This document shows positions 27,441 through 36,223 of a DNA stretch of 64,000 bases, in pieces. The notes below the pieces were generated by a model. It was not told the origin of the DNA and ran no database searches. It saw only the letters and a list, made by a program, of their open reading frames with translations. Every line of letters begins with the position of its first letter. The stretch's first letter is position 1. This DNA is from Coriobacteriia bacterium (lineage in GTDB: Bacteria > Actinomycetota > Coriobacteriia > Coriobacteriales > UMGS124), in NCBI GenBank assembly GCA_963930185.1, contig CAWVLT010000044.1, forward strand, positions 45,403 through 109,402, read 5' to 3'. The position numbers were made by a program, and so were the translations under genes.

Positions 27441-29264
27441 CTACGCCTCGGCAGCGGCGGAGTCGGCTGCGCTGACCTCACCGTCGGCCGCGGGCCATGC
27501 GCCTGCGGCGGCCTTGCCACAGAGGTAGCCAAAGGTCAGTGCGGTGGCGTGCGACACGCCGCCGATGGTGACCGGGTAGTCCTGCAGGATGCGGCCGCCC
27601 ATGTTGTTGCCGGCGGCGTACAGGCCCTCGATGGGCTGGTAGTTGTTGTCGATGACCTGCAGCGTCTCGGGGTCGACCATAAGGCCGCCCAGGCAGACCA
27701 GCATGGCGCCGGCGCCGATCTGGGTGGCGTAGAACGGCGGGGTCTCTATGGGGAACATGCGGCTGGGGGTCTTGCCGAAGTCCTCGTCGACGCCCTTGGC
27801 GCACAGCTCGTTGTAGCGGGCGATGGAGTCGAGCATGTTCTGGCGCGCCTCGTCGGTGAGGTCGAGCTGGGCGACGAGATCCTCGAGCGTGTCTGCGATG
27901 GCGATGCAGTTGCCCTCGACCTCCTCACGGCTGCTGATGGAGGTACGGCCGATCGTCATGCCGTAGCCCTCCAGGTGCGGATTCTCGCTCTCGTCGACGA
28001 TGTGGTTCACGCTACCGTGGGCGCAGCCCATCAGGCCCACCTGGTCGGGATAGTTGTCGTCGAAGATCTGGATGGCGATGTCACCCGGCTGGCGATAGAT
28101 CTGGGTCGACAGCTGCTGGCCGGCGACGTCCTCGTTGCAGAAGCGCTTGCCGTCGGTGTTGGCCAGGAAGAAGGCGTCGCAGCCCAGGGCGCCGCCCAGG
28201 GTGTGGGTCATGGGGGCGTGGGGGCCGTCCTCCATCTTGGCGCCGATCCACATGCCCATCTGCTGACCCTCGCCGATGTTGGTGGGGTTGCCGGCGGCGT
28301 CCATGTTCATCCACATGGCGCTGTAGGTGCGGCCGCCGCAGTAGTACTTCACCATGTCGGCGTTGCTGCCGTAGTCACCGGCCGCCATGATGACGCCCAT
28401 GGCTGCGTTGACCTTGATGTAGTTGCCGTCGACGTCCTGGCAGATGACGCCCTGCACGCGGCCCTCGTTGTTGGGGCGTACGAGCTGACGGGCCCAGGTG
28501 CTGAAGCGGAACTCGACGCCGGCCTCGAGGGCGGCCTGGTAGTTGACCTCCATGATGCCGCCCTGGTCGGGGATGAACGAGAGCGTGGCCTCGGGGTAGG
28601 TGGGCGAGTACTCCTTGGTCACGTCGTAAGCCTCGGGCGCGGGGAAGTGCGTGGGCTGCAGGGTGATGCGCGAGGTGTCGTAGGTCAGCGCGTCCATGGG
28701 GATGAAGTCGTAGTCGCCGTTCGTGGGCGCGAGGAACCAGTCGAACGCCTCGCCACTGTACTGGGCGTACAGGTTCCAGACGCGCTGGTCGGGGCGATAG
28801 CCCATCTCCTTCATGAGGTCGTTGATGGCGGCCTTCACGTCAAAGGTGATGCCGTTCTCCTGCTGGACGGTGCTGTTGTAGATGCCGTACTGGCCCGAGC
28901 GGTACTGGTAGCTCGTGGCCTTCTCGATGCAGATGGTCTTGACGCCCTGCTCGGCGGCGGCGCGGGCGGCGGTCAGGCCGGCGACGCCGCAGCCCACGAC
29001 CACGACGTCGGCGTCGACGGTCTCGGAGATCTGGTCGTCGGAGATGGGGTCGGGCGCGGTCAGCCAGCTCGTGTCGATGGGGGTGTTGCGCATGGCGTCG
29101 CTGCCCTCGGCGGTAAAGCCGCCCGCCGAACCGGGGTCGACGGCCTCGCCGTGCTCGGAGGCCTCCTCGGCTAGGGCGCCGGTTGCCACACCGGCCATGG
29201 CGGCAGCGCCGGCCATGGTGGCAGCACCGGTGACGAAGTTGCGACGCGAGATATCGTGGGACAT
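27441..29264 (-). CDS. Tat-signal FAD-dependent reductase (FAD_binding_2), GC-rich paralog A
   Basis: Leader MSHDISRRNFVTGAATMAGAAAMAGVATGALA; DVVVVGCGVAGLTAARAAAEQG; C-terminal IEGLYAAGNNMGGR. ATG 29264 has a GAAAGGAA RBS. Confidence 0.85.
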   Translation of the reverse strand: MSHDISRRNFVTGAATMAGAAAMAGVATGALAEEASEHGEAVDPGSAGGFTAEGSDAMRNTPIDTSWLTAPDPISDDQISETVDADVVVVGCGVAGLTAARAAAEQGVKTICIEKATSYQYRSGQYGIYNSTVQQENGITFDVKAAINDLMKEMGYRPDQRVWNLYAQYSGEAFDWFLAPTNGDYDFIPMDALTYDTSRITLQPTHFPAPEAYDVTKEYSPTYPEATLSFIPDQGGIMEVNYQAALEAGVEFRFSTWARQLVRPNNEGRVQGVICQDVDGNYIKVNAAMGVIMAAGDYGSNADMVKYYCGGRTYSAMWMNMDAAGNPTNIGEGQQMGMWIGAKMEDGPHAPMTHTLGGALGCDAFFLANTDGKRFCNEDVAGQQLSTQIYRQPGDIAIQIFDDNYPDQVGLMGCAHGSVNHIVDESENPHLEGYGMTIGRTSISSREEVEGNCIAIADTLEDLVAQLDLTDEARQNMLDSIARYNELCAKGVDEDFGKTPSRMFPIETPPFYATQIGAGAMLVCLGGLMVDPETLQVIDNNYQPIEGLYAAGNNMGGRILQDYPVTIGGVSHATALTFGYLCGKAAAGAWPAADGEVSAADSAAAEA

Positions 29265-29600
29265 TGCTGCGTTCCTTTCTCGAACTTTCGGTGCGGCGGA
29301 CTGGGGCTCGCCCACCTTGTCCATGGCACGTGCCGGGCGCGAGCGCAACCCACGCGGTTTCGGGCGTCGGCACGGTGCCACTTGTCGATGACTACGCTAT
29401 CCGACCAGGCCGCGATGCGCTATCGACCGAAATTATCCGAGTGCCCGTCACGGGAAAACGGGGTCGACAATTATGGTCGATGGGGTGCCCTGACGAGCGG
29501 AAAAGCGCTAAGCTATGGTCATGCGTCGTCACGATTTGAACGAAAGCTGCCGCGGCGACGAGCACGAGGGGTTGTGGCTGGCGAGGCAGGGAGGACGGCT

Positions 29601-31166
29601 TTGTCTGGTGCTGATGCGCGCTCATGCGCTTCCGGGCGTCGGTTTGATCCACGCTACCTCGCGCTTGCGCTTTACTGGGTCTTTGTCGGCATGATGTTCA
29701 ACTCGTCTTTGGGGTCGGACGTCGCCCTGCTGCCCGGGGTCAATGTCGCGCTGTACGTGCATCTCCTGTCGATACTCGGTGGTTGTCTTGGGTACGCGGC
29801 CATCATGCTCGCTGCTCGCTTCGGGCATCTGAGCGTGCTTCCACGTCGGGCGACGGTAGGCGCTTGCGTGCTCGTACAGTCTGCCTCGTCTGCGCTGTGC
29901 CACATCTTCGGGTATAGCCTCGCTCTCACGGGTGCGCTCTCCGCTATCGGCGGCGTGGCGGCGGCGTTTCCGCTCGTGGCCTGGGCAGAGCTCTATGCGG
30001 GGCTCGGAAAGCGTGAGCTCGTTGGCTACTCGGCCGCGTCGTTTCTCCTTTCGGCCGTGATTTGCGGGGCGTGTTCTGCGCTCGGTGCTTCCGTTGAGTT
30101 TGCCGCCTTGGTAGCCAGCCCCATCGGGATGTTTCTGATGCTTCCACGCGACAGGGCCGATGCGCGGGCAGCGGCCGAACCCGCGATACGACTCGATGCA
30201 AGCGGGGGCGAGGGCTCCAGCCAACGACAACTTGACCGGCAAGGGCCGCAGGGCCAGCGCGGGCGACTCTGGAAGGCGTTGGTGACGCTGGGGGCGTTCA
30301 TGCTCGTGATCGGGGCCATGCGCGTCGGCTCCGGAGATTTTTTCGCGGCGCTTTCCGGCGCGGATGAAGCGGCTGGGCTGGCCGCTAGCGCGGGTGGGGC
30401 CGCATCCGTCTTGCCCGCTCGCACGGGCAGCCTCGCCCCCGACGTTGCCCAGCTCGGGTTTCAGGTTGTCACCATGGGCGTGCTGGTTTGGTATGCATGG
30501 GGATCGTCACGGCCGAGCATCCGCCTCGGGTGGTTCTACAAGTCGGCGATCCTGCTGGTCGTCATCGTTGTTACGCTGATCCTCGGCCTTGCGGAAAATG
30601 TGGGGCTTACCTGGCTAAACGTCGCGGCGGAATGCTGCGCAAGCGTGGTGGAGGTGTGTGGCTGGGTGCTGCTGATAGACGTCGCGCGCTCCTCGCTGAG
30701 GCGCGTGGCCGAGATCGTGTCATTGGGCCGGCTGGTTGTCCATGTCGCGCTCGGCGGCGGCACGCTTGCCGCCCTGTGGCTGGGACAGGGGGAGCTGCTC
30801 TCGCTACTCGGTGCCTTTGTCGTTGTGCTCGTGGCGGCCGGGCTATTCCTACTCGATGCCGGTTCGTCCCCCGTGCTCTTCGACATCGACGTGGCACCGG
30901 AGAGCTTCGTCGAGAGCAACCCACATGCCCTGCCTCATCAGGTGCACATGAGGGCCGAGGAGTTCGCGCAGGCGTATCGGTTCACGGCACGCGAGCGCGA
31001 GGTCTTTGCGCTGTGGATAACCAGCCATGGGCTCAAGCAGATCCAGGAGGATCTGGGGATGTCGGAATCCACTCTCAAGACGCACATCCGGCACATCTAT
31101 GGCAAGTGCGAGGTGCATAGCCGCAGCGAGCTCGTCGATATGCTCGAGGAGTTCGCCGGCCACTAG
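29601..31166 (+). CDS. polytopic membrane LuxR-type regulator (GC-rich)
   Basis: Hydrophobic body followed by YRFTAREREVFALWITSHGLKQIQEDLGMSESTLKTHIRHIYGKCEVHSRSEL. The start is uncertain: TTG 29601 follows GGGAGG and gives a family-typical length, and ATG 29388 is the alternative. The ORF-track start 29256 overlaps the divergent gene. Confidence 0.8.
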   Translation: MSGADARSCASGRRFDPRYLALALYWVFVGMMFNSSLGSDVALLPGVNVALYVHLLSILGGCLGYAAIMLAARFGHLSVLPRRATVGACVLVQSASSALCHIFGYSLALTGALSAIGGVAAAFPLVAWAELYAGLGKRELVGYSAASFLLSAVICGACSALGASVEFAALVASPIGMFLMLPRDRADARAAAEPAIRLDASGGEGSSQRQLDRQGPQGQRGRLWKALVTLGAFMLVIGAMRVGSGDFFAALSGADEAAGLAASAGGAASVLPARTGSLAPDVAQLGFQVVTMGVLVWYAWGSSRPSIRLGWFYKSAILLVVIVVTLILGLAENVGLTWLNVAAECCASVVEVCGWVLLIDVARSSLRRVAEIVSLGRLVVHVALGGGTLAALWLGQGELLSLLGAFVVVLVAAGLFLLDAGSSPVLFDIDVAPESFVESNPHALPHQVHMRAEEFAQAYRFTAREREVFALWITSHGLKQIQEDLGMSESTLKTHIRHIYGKCEVHSRSELVDMLEEFAGH

Positions 31167-31260
31167 AGAGGGCACGCGGGCTGATTCTCCCGTGTCGAAG
31201 CTGTCGGAGGGCTCCTGGCTGGATCCTGCATGTAGGGAACGCATCGCGGAGAACGAGTCG

Positions 31261-31446
31261 CGCGCGAAAAAACGCTTTCGATGGACAAACTTTTCGGTTG
31301 GGAGGGACTTTTGAAGGGCCACTTATCTACAGACGGGCGAAATTGACGTGATATCTCATCAATCAATGAGACAAATGGCCAAACCGGAGTACCAAAGTCC
31401 CTCCCAACCGTGATACTTGTCCATCGCGGACGATTTTTCGTGCGCG
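31261..31446. repeat. about 186-bp imperfect palindrome (MITE-like, or long structured RNA/terminator)
   Basis: The left arm CGCGCGAAAAAACGCTTTCGATGGACAAACTTTTCGGTTGGGAGGGACTTT (from 31261) pairs with AAAGTCCCTCCCAACCGTGATACTTGTCCATCGCGGACGATTTTTCGTGCGCG (to 31446), around an AT-richer centre of about 80 nt. Confidence 0.7.
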
Positions 31447-31501
31447 AGGCAATCGCGTGCCGGGCAGCGGCCTCCGCCGACCGGCCCCCGTCGGTTGTTT
31501 C

Positions 31502-31530
31502 TTGACATCTGCTCAGCAAACCGTTATACC
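31502..31530 (+). promoter_or_regulatory. sigma-70-like promoter upstream of the Met-rich uORF and metQNI
   Basis: TTGACA (31502-31507), 17-nt spacer, TATACC (31525-31530). Confidence 0.45.
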
Positions 31531-31609
31531 TCACACAAGCGCAGGTGGCTTGAACGCCTGCGACCAAGTCGAGAAGTCGAGATCTTCGAGAGCCGGAGAG
31601 GAGGAAGAC

Positions 31610-31711
31610 GTGGAGACCACGGTTCAGACCATGCGAATGCGCCGAATGTGCACGATGTACATGCCCGGCTGCATGCGTCGTGCCGTCCTTTCTATGCGTG
31701 CACACGCATAG
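31610..31711 (+). CDS. putative Met-rich leader peptide (33 codons) of the metQNI operon
   Basis: GTG 31610 lies 5 nt after AGGAGG (31599-31604). The peptide is METTVQTMRMRRMCTMYMPGCMRRAVLSMRAHA: 7 internal ATG codons and 2 Cys codons. It sits about 315 nt upstream of metQ. Confidence 0.45.
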   Translation: METTVQTMRMRRMCTMYMPGCMRRAVLSMRAHA

Positions 31712-32026
31712 CGCTCCTCCGCGTCTTTCACGTGACCTTCCGGCTGTTTCACACAGCTACCGCACAGAGCTGCCGACCGTTGAAGCTACGTCGGCTGATT
31801 GGTGTCTTCTGACGGAGTCTGTCGGGTAAGCGACCTTGCTTTGGCTCGCTGCGGGATACGGATGATCGGAATAGCCGAAAGCTGCCTTGGGAAAGGCGCG
31901 GGAGCGAAGACGACACGCGGCGCTTGTGCGGCTGTCGCCCGCATTGCCTGGCGCGTCGGGTTTACGCATGGGCGTATCCGGCGTCGCTCGATCCTTCCGG
32001 TTCGTCCCCACAGAAAGGTGCACACC

Positions 32027-32995
32027 ATGTCCGCGTCCCACAATTATTCCCATGGCACTTCCCCCTGCGCTGTCACGACCCGTCGCACTTTCCTCGCCGG
32101 CCTTGGCGTCGCCGCCGCATCTCTCGCACTGACCGGCTGCAACGGCGAGAAGGAGGCGCAGGATGCGTCGTCATCGACCTCCTCCTCCGAAGGCGACGCG
32201 GCGGGCGAGGGTTCGTCGGCGCAGACGGCCGGCGAACCAGCGGCCGAGCCGACCATCGCCGACGACAAGAACATCAGCGTCGCCGCCTCGCCCACCCCGC
32301 ACGCCGTGATCCTCAACGGCCCGGTCCGAGAGCTGCTCGAGGCCCAGGGCTACACGCTTGACGTGCAGGAGTTCAGCGACTACGTGCTGCCCAACACCGC
32401 CACCGAGGAGGGCGAGGTGGACTCCAACTTCTTCCAGCACGGCCCCTATCTCGACAGCTTCAACGAGGAACGCGGCACGCACCTGGTGTCAGTCGTCGCC
32501 ACGCACTTCGAGCCGTTCGGGCTGTATGCGGGCCGCACTGCCAGCCTCGACGACCTGCAGGAGGGCGCTATCGTGGCGGTGCCCAACGACACCACCAACG
32601 AGGCGCGTGCGCTGCTCCTTCTGCAGCAGGAGGGCCTGCTTACCCTCGCCGAGGACGCCGGTATCACGGCAACGGTGCGCGACATCACCGACAACCCCCT
32701 GAACCTGGAGTTCGAGGAGCTCGAGGCGGCAACCATCCCCACGGTGCTCGCCGATGTCGACATCGCCTGCATCAATGGCAACTATGCCCTGAACGCCAAC
32801 CTGACCATGGCCGACGCTCTGGCCGTCGAGGCCGATGACTCACTCGCCGCCGAGACGTATGCCAACGTCTTGGTGGTGCGTGAGGGCAACGAGGGCCTCG
32901 ACAAGATCAAGGCCCTCGCTGAGGCCCTGACGTCGGAGGAATGCCGCGCGTTCATCGAGGAGACGTTCGAGGGCGCCGTCGTTCCGGTGTTCTAG
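32027..32995 (+). CDS. metQ: methionine ABC transporter substrate-binding lipoprotein (MetQ/NlpA family)
   Basis: Leader TTRRTFLAGLGVAAASLALTGC (RR motif plus lipobox). NlpA-family body (SPTPHAVILNG..., FFQHGPYLDSFN, AVPNDTTNEARALLLLQ, ACINGNYA). ATG 32027 has an AGAAAGG RBS. Confidence 0.9.
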   Translation: MSASHNYSHGTSPCAVTTRRTFLAGLGVAAASLALTGCNGEKEAQDASSSTSSSEGDAAGEGSSAQTAGEPAAEPTIADDKNISVAASPTPHAVILNGPVRELLEAQGYTLDVQEFSDYVLPNTATEEGEVDSNFFQHGPYLDSFNEERGTHLVSVVATHFEPFGLYAGRTASLDDLQEGAIVAVPNDTTNEARALLLLQQEGLLTLAEDAGITATVRDITDNPLNLEFEELEAATIPTVLADVDIACINGNYALNANLTMADALAVEADDSLAAETYANVLVVREGNEGLDKIKALAEALTSEECRAFIEETFEGAVVPVF

Positions 32996-33154
32996 CGAAT
33001 TGATGGCACGCCGCACCCCGGTGGGGAGCGGCGTGCTACGTTATGCGGCCCACGATAGCTCGTTGCGGCAAAGGATTAGCTGCGGCGAGGCGCTGGGCGG
33101 CCGCGGCCATGGGCCGAGGCCTGGTGAGACAAGGAAGCATGTGATAGAGGGCGT

Positions 33155-33985
33155 ATGATCCGCATAGAACATCTTGACAAGACGTACGGGGAGCACACCG
33201 ACAACCCGCATCCCGTGCTGCACGACATAAACCTGTCCATCGACCGCGGTGACGTCTTTGGCATCATCGGCGCTTCCGGGGCCGGCAAGTCGACGCTGGT
33301 GCGCTGCATCAACCTGCTCGAGCGCCCGACCGCTGGTCGTATCGTGATCGATGGGGTTGATGTCACCGACTACACGGGCAAGGACCTGCTGCGCCTGCGT
33401 TCGTCCATCGGCATGATCTTCCAGGACTTCAGCCTGTTCCAGCAGCGCAGCGTCCTGGACAACGTGGCGTTTCCGCTTGAGGTGCGCCACGTGAAGAGGG
33501 CCGAGCGCGAGGCCCGGGCCCGCGAGCTGCTCGACCTCGTTGGCCTTACCGACAAGGCAGACCACTATCCCAGCCAGTTGTCGGGCGGCCAGCAGCAGCG
33601 CGTCGCCATCGCCCGCGCCCTGGCGAACAGCCCGCGCATCATGCTGTGCGACGAGGCGACCAGCGCGCTAGACACCCGCACGACGACGAGCATCCTCAAG
33701 CTGCTCCAGGGCATCAACCGCGAGCTGGGCGTCACCATGGTGATGATCACGCACTCCCTTGCCGTGGCGCATCGGGCGTGCAATCGTATCGCGGTCATCG
33801 ACGAGGGGCGGATCGTGGAGGAGGGGCCCACCGCCGAGGTGTTCGGCAACCCGCAGAGCCCCGTGACGCGCGAGCTGCTGTATGACGACGACCTGTCGGT
33901 GATCGCGCCGACGACCGGCGCCAACGCGCGGGCCCGCGGGGCGCGCGCGGCGTGTGCTGACGACCCAGAAGGCGAGGCGAGGTAG
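33155..33985 (+). CDS. metN: methionine ABC transporter ATPase (no C-terminal NIL domain)
   Basis: Walker A GASGAGKST, signature LSGGQQQRVAIARAL, Walker B IMLCDEATSALD, H-loop ITHS. Only about 35 residues of low-complexity tail follow the ABC domain. Confidence 0.9.
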   Translation: MIRIEHLDKTYGEHTDNPHPVLHDINLSIDRGDVFGIIGASGAGKSTLVRCINLLERPTAGRIVIDGVDVTDYTGKDLLRLRSSIGMIFQDFSLFQQRSVLDNVAFPLEVRHVKRAEREARARELLDLVGLTDKADHYPSQLSGGQQQRVAIARALANSPRIMLCDEATSALDTRTTTSILKLLQGINRELGVTMVMITHSLAVAHRACNRIAVIDEGRIVEEGPTAEVFGNPQSPVTRELLYDDDLSVIAPTTGANARARGARAACADDPEGEAR

Positions 33986-33986
33986 C

Positions 33987-34676
33987 ATGGAGCAGGTCGT
34001 GACGTGGCTGCAGGAGTACTTTGCGGAGTATGGGACGCTCATGCTCGAGGGCACGTGGGAGTCTATCGTCATGACGGGAGTCGCCACTCTGTTCGCCTAT
34101 GTGCTGGGAATCCCGCTGGGCGTGCTGCTCGTGCTCACCTCGCCGGGTGGCCTGCATCCCCACAAGGCGCTCAACGCCGTGCTGGGGTGGATCGTGAACA
34201 TGGGGCGCTCGATCCCGTTCATCATCCTGCTGGTGGCCATCATCCCGTTCACGCGCTTCGTGGTGGGCACGTCGCTGGGTGTGCGCGGCGCCGTCGTGCC
34301 GCTGGTGGTCACGGCGGCGCCCTTCGTGGCGCGCATGGTGGAGCAGAGCCTGACCGGCGTGAGCGCGGGGCTCGTCGAGGCCGGTCAGAGCTTTGGCGCC
34401 AACACCTGGCAGATCGTCTACAAGGTCTACCTCAAGGAGAGCCTGCCGTCGCTGATCCGCGGCGCGTCGATCACGTTCATCACGCTGTTCGGCTTTGCCG
34501 CCATGGCGGGGTGCGTGGGCGCCGGCGGCTTGGGCGACATCGCCATCCGCTATGGCTACCAGCGCTGGATGCCCGAGGTCATGGTGGGCGCCATCATCCT
34601 GTGCATCGTGCTGGTGCAGGTCGTCCAGAGCGTCGGCGACGGCGTGGCCCGCGCGGTGGACAAGAAGAGGAGATAG
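33987..34676 (+). CDS. metI: methionine ABC transporter permease
   Basis: Multi-TM BPD_transp_1-type protein. ATG 33987 lies 2 nt after the metN stop. Confidence 0.9.
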   Translation: MEQVVTWLQEYFAEYGTLMLEGTWESIVMTGVATLFAYVLGIPLGVLLVLTSPGGLHPHKALNAVLGWIVNMGRSIPFIILLVAIIPFTRFVVGTSLGVRGAVVPLVVTAAPFVARMVEQSLTGVSAGLVEAGQSFGANTWQIVYKVYLKESLPSLIRGASITFITLFGFAAMAGCVGAGGLGDIAIRYGYQRWMPEVMVGAIILCIVLVQVVQSVGDGVARAVDKKRR

Positions 34677-34728
34677 GGCTGACGCGTCAGGGGGGGAGGA
34701 GATGGTTCAGCCCCCTTGACGCGGCCGT

Positions 34729-34983
34729 CTACATTTTTGCCACCACGGAAGCGAAGTTGATCTTGAAGCCGAGTAGCACGCGCGAGGGGACGTCAACGGC
34801 AAACGGGTAGATCTCCGGCGCCTGGTTGGCCTCGAGGTGGTACACGAGCGTCCGTTCCTTCTCCGGATCGCAGATCCAGTACTCGCGGACGCCTGCCTGT
34901 CGATACAGATTGAGCTTGGTGACGTAGTCCATCCCGGGGTTGCCGGGGGAGGCAACCCCGAAGTGGCTTTGGGGATTGGCATG
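34729..34983 (-). pseudogene. C-terminal remnant of a Uma2-family (DUF820) endonuclease
   Basis: ...FGVASPGNPGMDYVTKLNLYRQAGVREYWICDPEKERTLVYHL matches only the C-terminal third of Uma2 proteins (D..K...Y...GV.EYW..DP). An in-frame TAG lies immediately upstream and no N-terminal part is present. Confidence 0.55.
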
Positions 34984-35066
34984 CTACATCTCCTTTTGCT
35001 GTCAGCGCGTGTTACGGGTGATGGACGGGACGGCCTAGACGAATGTGCCGCCCGGCACGCCGACGC

Positions 35067-36023
35067 CTACTTCTCCTGCGCCTGTTCGAGTAGCTCTCGC
35101 ATCTCCTCCATGGTGAACGTGTACTTCTTGCTGCAGAAGTTGCAGGTAAGTTCGGCGGGCTTGCCCTCGTCGATGAGGCTCTGCAGCTCCTCGGCGCCCA
35201 TGGCGATGAGTACGCGGGCGGTGCGCTCGCGGCTGCAGTTGCAGTGGAACCCCACCGGGCGGCTCTCCATGGGCTGGAAGTCCATGCCGCGCAGCACGGT
35301 CTGCAGAATGTCGGTGGGGGTCATGCCCCGCTCGAGCATGGTGGTCACCGAGCCCAGGCCACTCAGGTTCTCCTCCAGCTGGGAGATGACCTCGTCGGGG
35401 CAGTCGGGCATGAGCTGGACGATGAAGCCGCCGGCTTGCTTGACGCTCAGGTCGGTGTCCACGAGCACGCCCACGCCCACCGACGTGGGAACCTGCTCGC
35501 TCTCGGCGAAGTAGGCGGCGATGTCGTCGCCGATCTCGCCGCTGAAGAGGTCGAGCTGGCTGGTGTAGGGCTCGCCCCAGGGCTGGTCCTGCACCACGGT
35601 GAGCGTGCCCTGGCCCACGGCCTTGCCCACGTCGAGCTTGCCTGCCTCGCTCAGGGGCAGCCACACGTCGGGGTTCGCGGCATAGCCCTTCACGTGGCCC
35701 TGCGCGTCGGCGGTGACGATGAGGCCGCCTACGGGGCCGTCGCAGCGGATGGTGAGCGTGAGCAGCTCGCCCTCGTCTTTGAGCATGGCGCCCATCATGG
35801 CGCCGGCGGTGAGCAGCCGGCCCAGCGCTGCCGTGACGACGGGGCTGGTGCCGTGGCACTCGTGCGCCTCCTGCACCGTGGCGCGGGTGTAGGCGGCAAA
35901 CCCGCGCACCATGCCGTGCGCCGCCGTGCCGCGAACGATGTGGTCGCCGGCCTGCGGGTTGTCGATCAGGCTTCCGTCCTTGCCGTGCTGCGCCTGGGTG
36001 TGCGAGGTGCCTTCGATTTCCAT
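35067..36023 (-). CDS. hslO: redox-regulated chaperone Hsp33
   Basis: Colinear Hsp33 similarity and the C-terminal zinc centre CNCSRER...CNFCSKKYTF. ATG 36023 has a GGAGG RBS. Confidence 0.9.
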   Translation of the reverse strand: MEIEGTSHTQAQHGKDGSLIDNPQAGDHIVRGTAAHGMVRGFAAYTRATVQEAHECHGTSPVVTAALGRLLTAGAMMGAMLKDEGELLTLTIRCDGPVGGLIVTADAQGHVKGYAANPDVWLPLSEAGKLDVGKAVGQGTLTVVQDQPWGEPYTSQLDLFSGEIGDDIAAYFAESEQVPTSVGVGVLVDTDLSVKQAGGFIVQLMPDCPDEVISQLEENLSGLGSVTTMLERGMTPTDILQTVLRGMDFQPMESRPVGFHCNCSRERTARVLIAMGAEELQSLIDEGKPAELTCNFCSKKYTFTMEEMRELLEQAQEK

Positions 36024-36223
36024 GTCCGCCTCCAAGTGCGGCGAAGTGCGGCACGTGGCCGCTCGCCTGCTATTGATGTCCGAATCCTGATGCTGGTAAG
36101 TATAGAGGCGACTACCCGGGATAGGCAGACTTCGTTGCTAACTGCTCGCAATCGACCCAATCAAGGCGCTATCATGATGAGTTGTGTGCCACATGGGCCA
36201 TGGCGGGCGAACGGGGGAGGGTC

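Noticed and set aside
27549-29174. 541-aa plus-strand ORF opposite the reductase gene. Similar long antisense or alternative-frame ORFs occur at 26076-27251, 35035-36054, 35244-36272, 37047-38117, 41583-42596, 43336-44445, 45234-46241, 50361-51095, 51267-52163 and 58211-58990.
   Set aside because: All lie inside confidently assigned genes in GC-rich DNA, where stop codons are rare in every frame. Their translations are repetitive (G/A/R/V/H/D-rich) without domains.
29256-29600. Long N-terminal extension of the GC-rich LuxR ORF
   Set aside because: Its first few codons overlap the start of the divergent reductase gene and the extension runs through the shared intergenic region. The extension has no hydrophobic or conserved character. 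A TTG with a GGGAGG RBS at 29601 gives a family-typical length. ATG 29388 remains possible.
31712-32026. SAM riboswitch (S-box, SAM-IV) or T-box in the metQ leader
   Set aside because: I looked for the conserved cores (for example GGCAACC with GUGC.AA for SAM-I/IV, and GGUGGUACCGCG for the T-box) and did not find them by eye. An Infernal/Rfam scan is needed for a firm negative.
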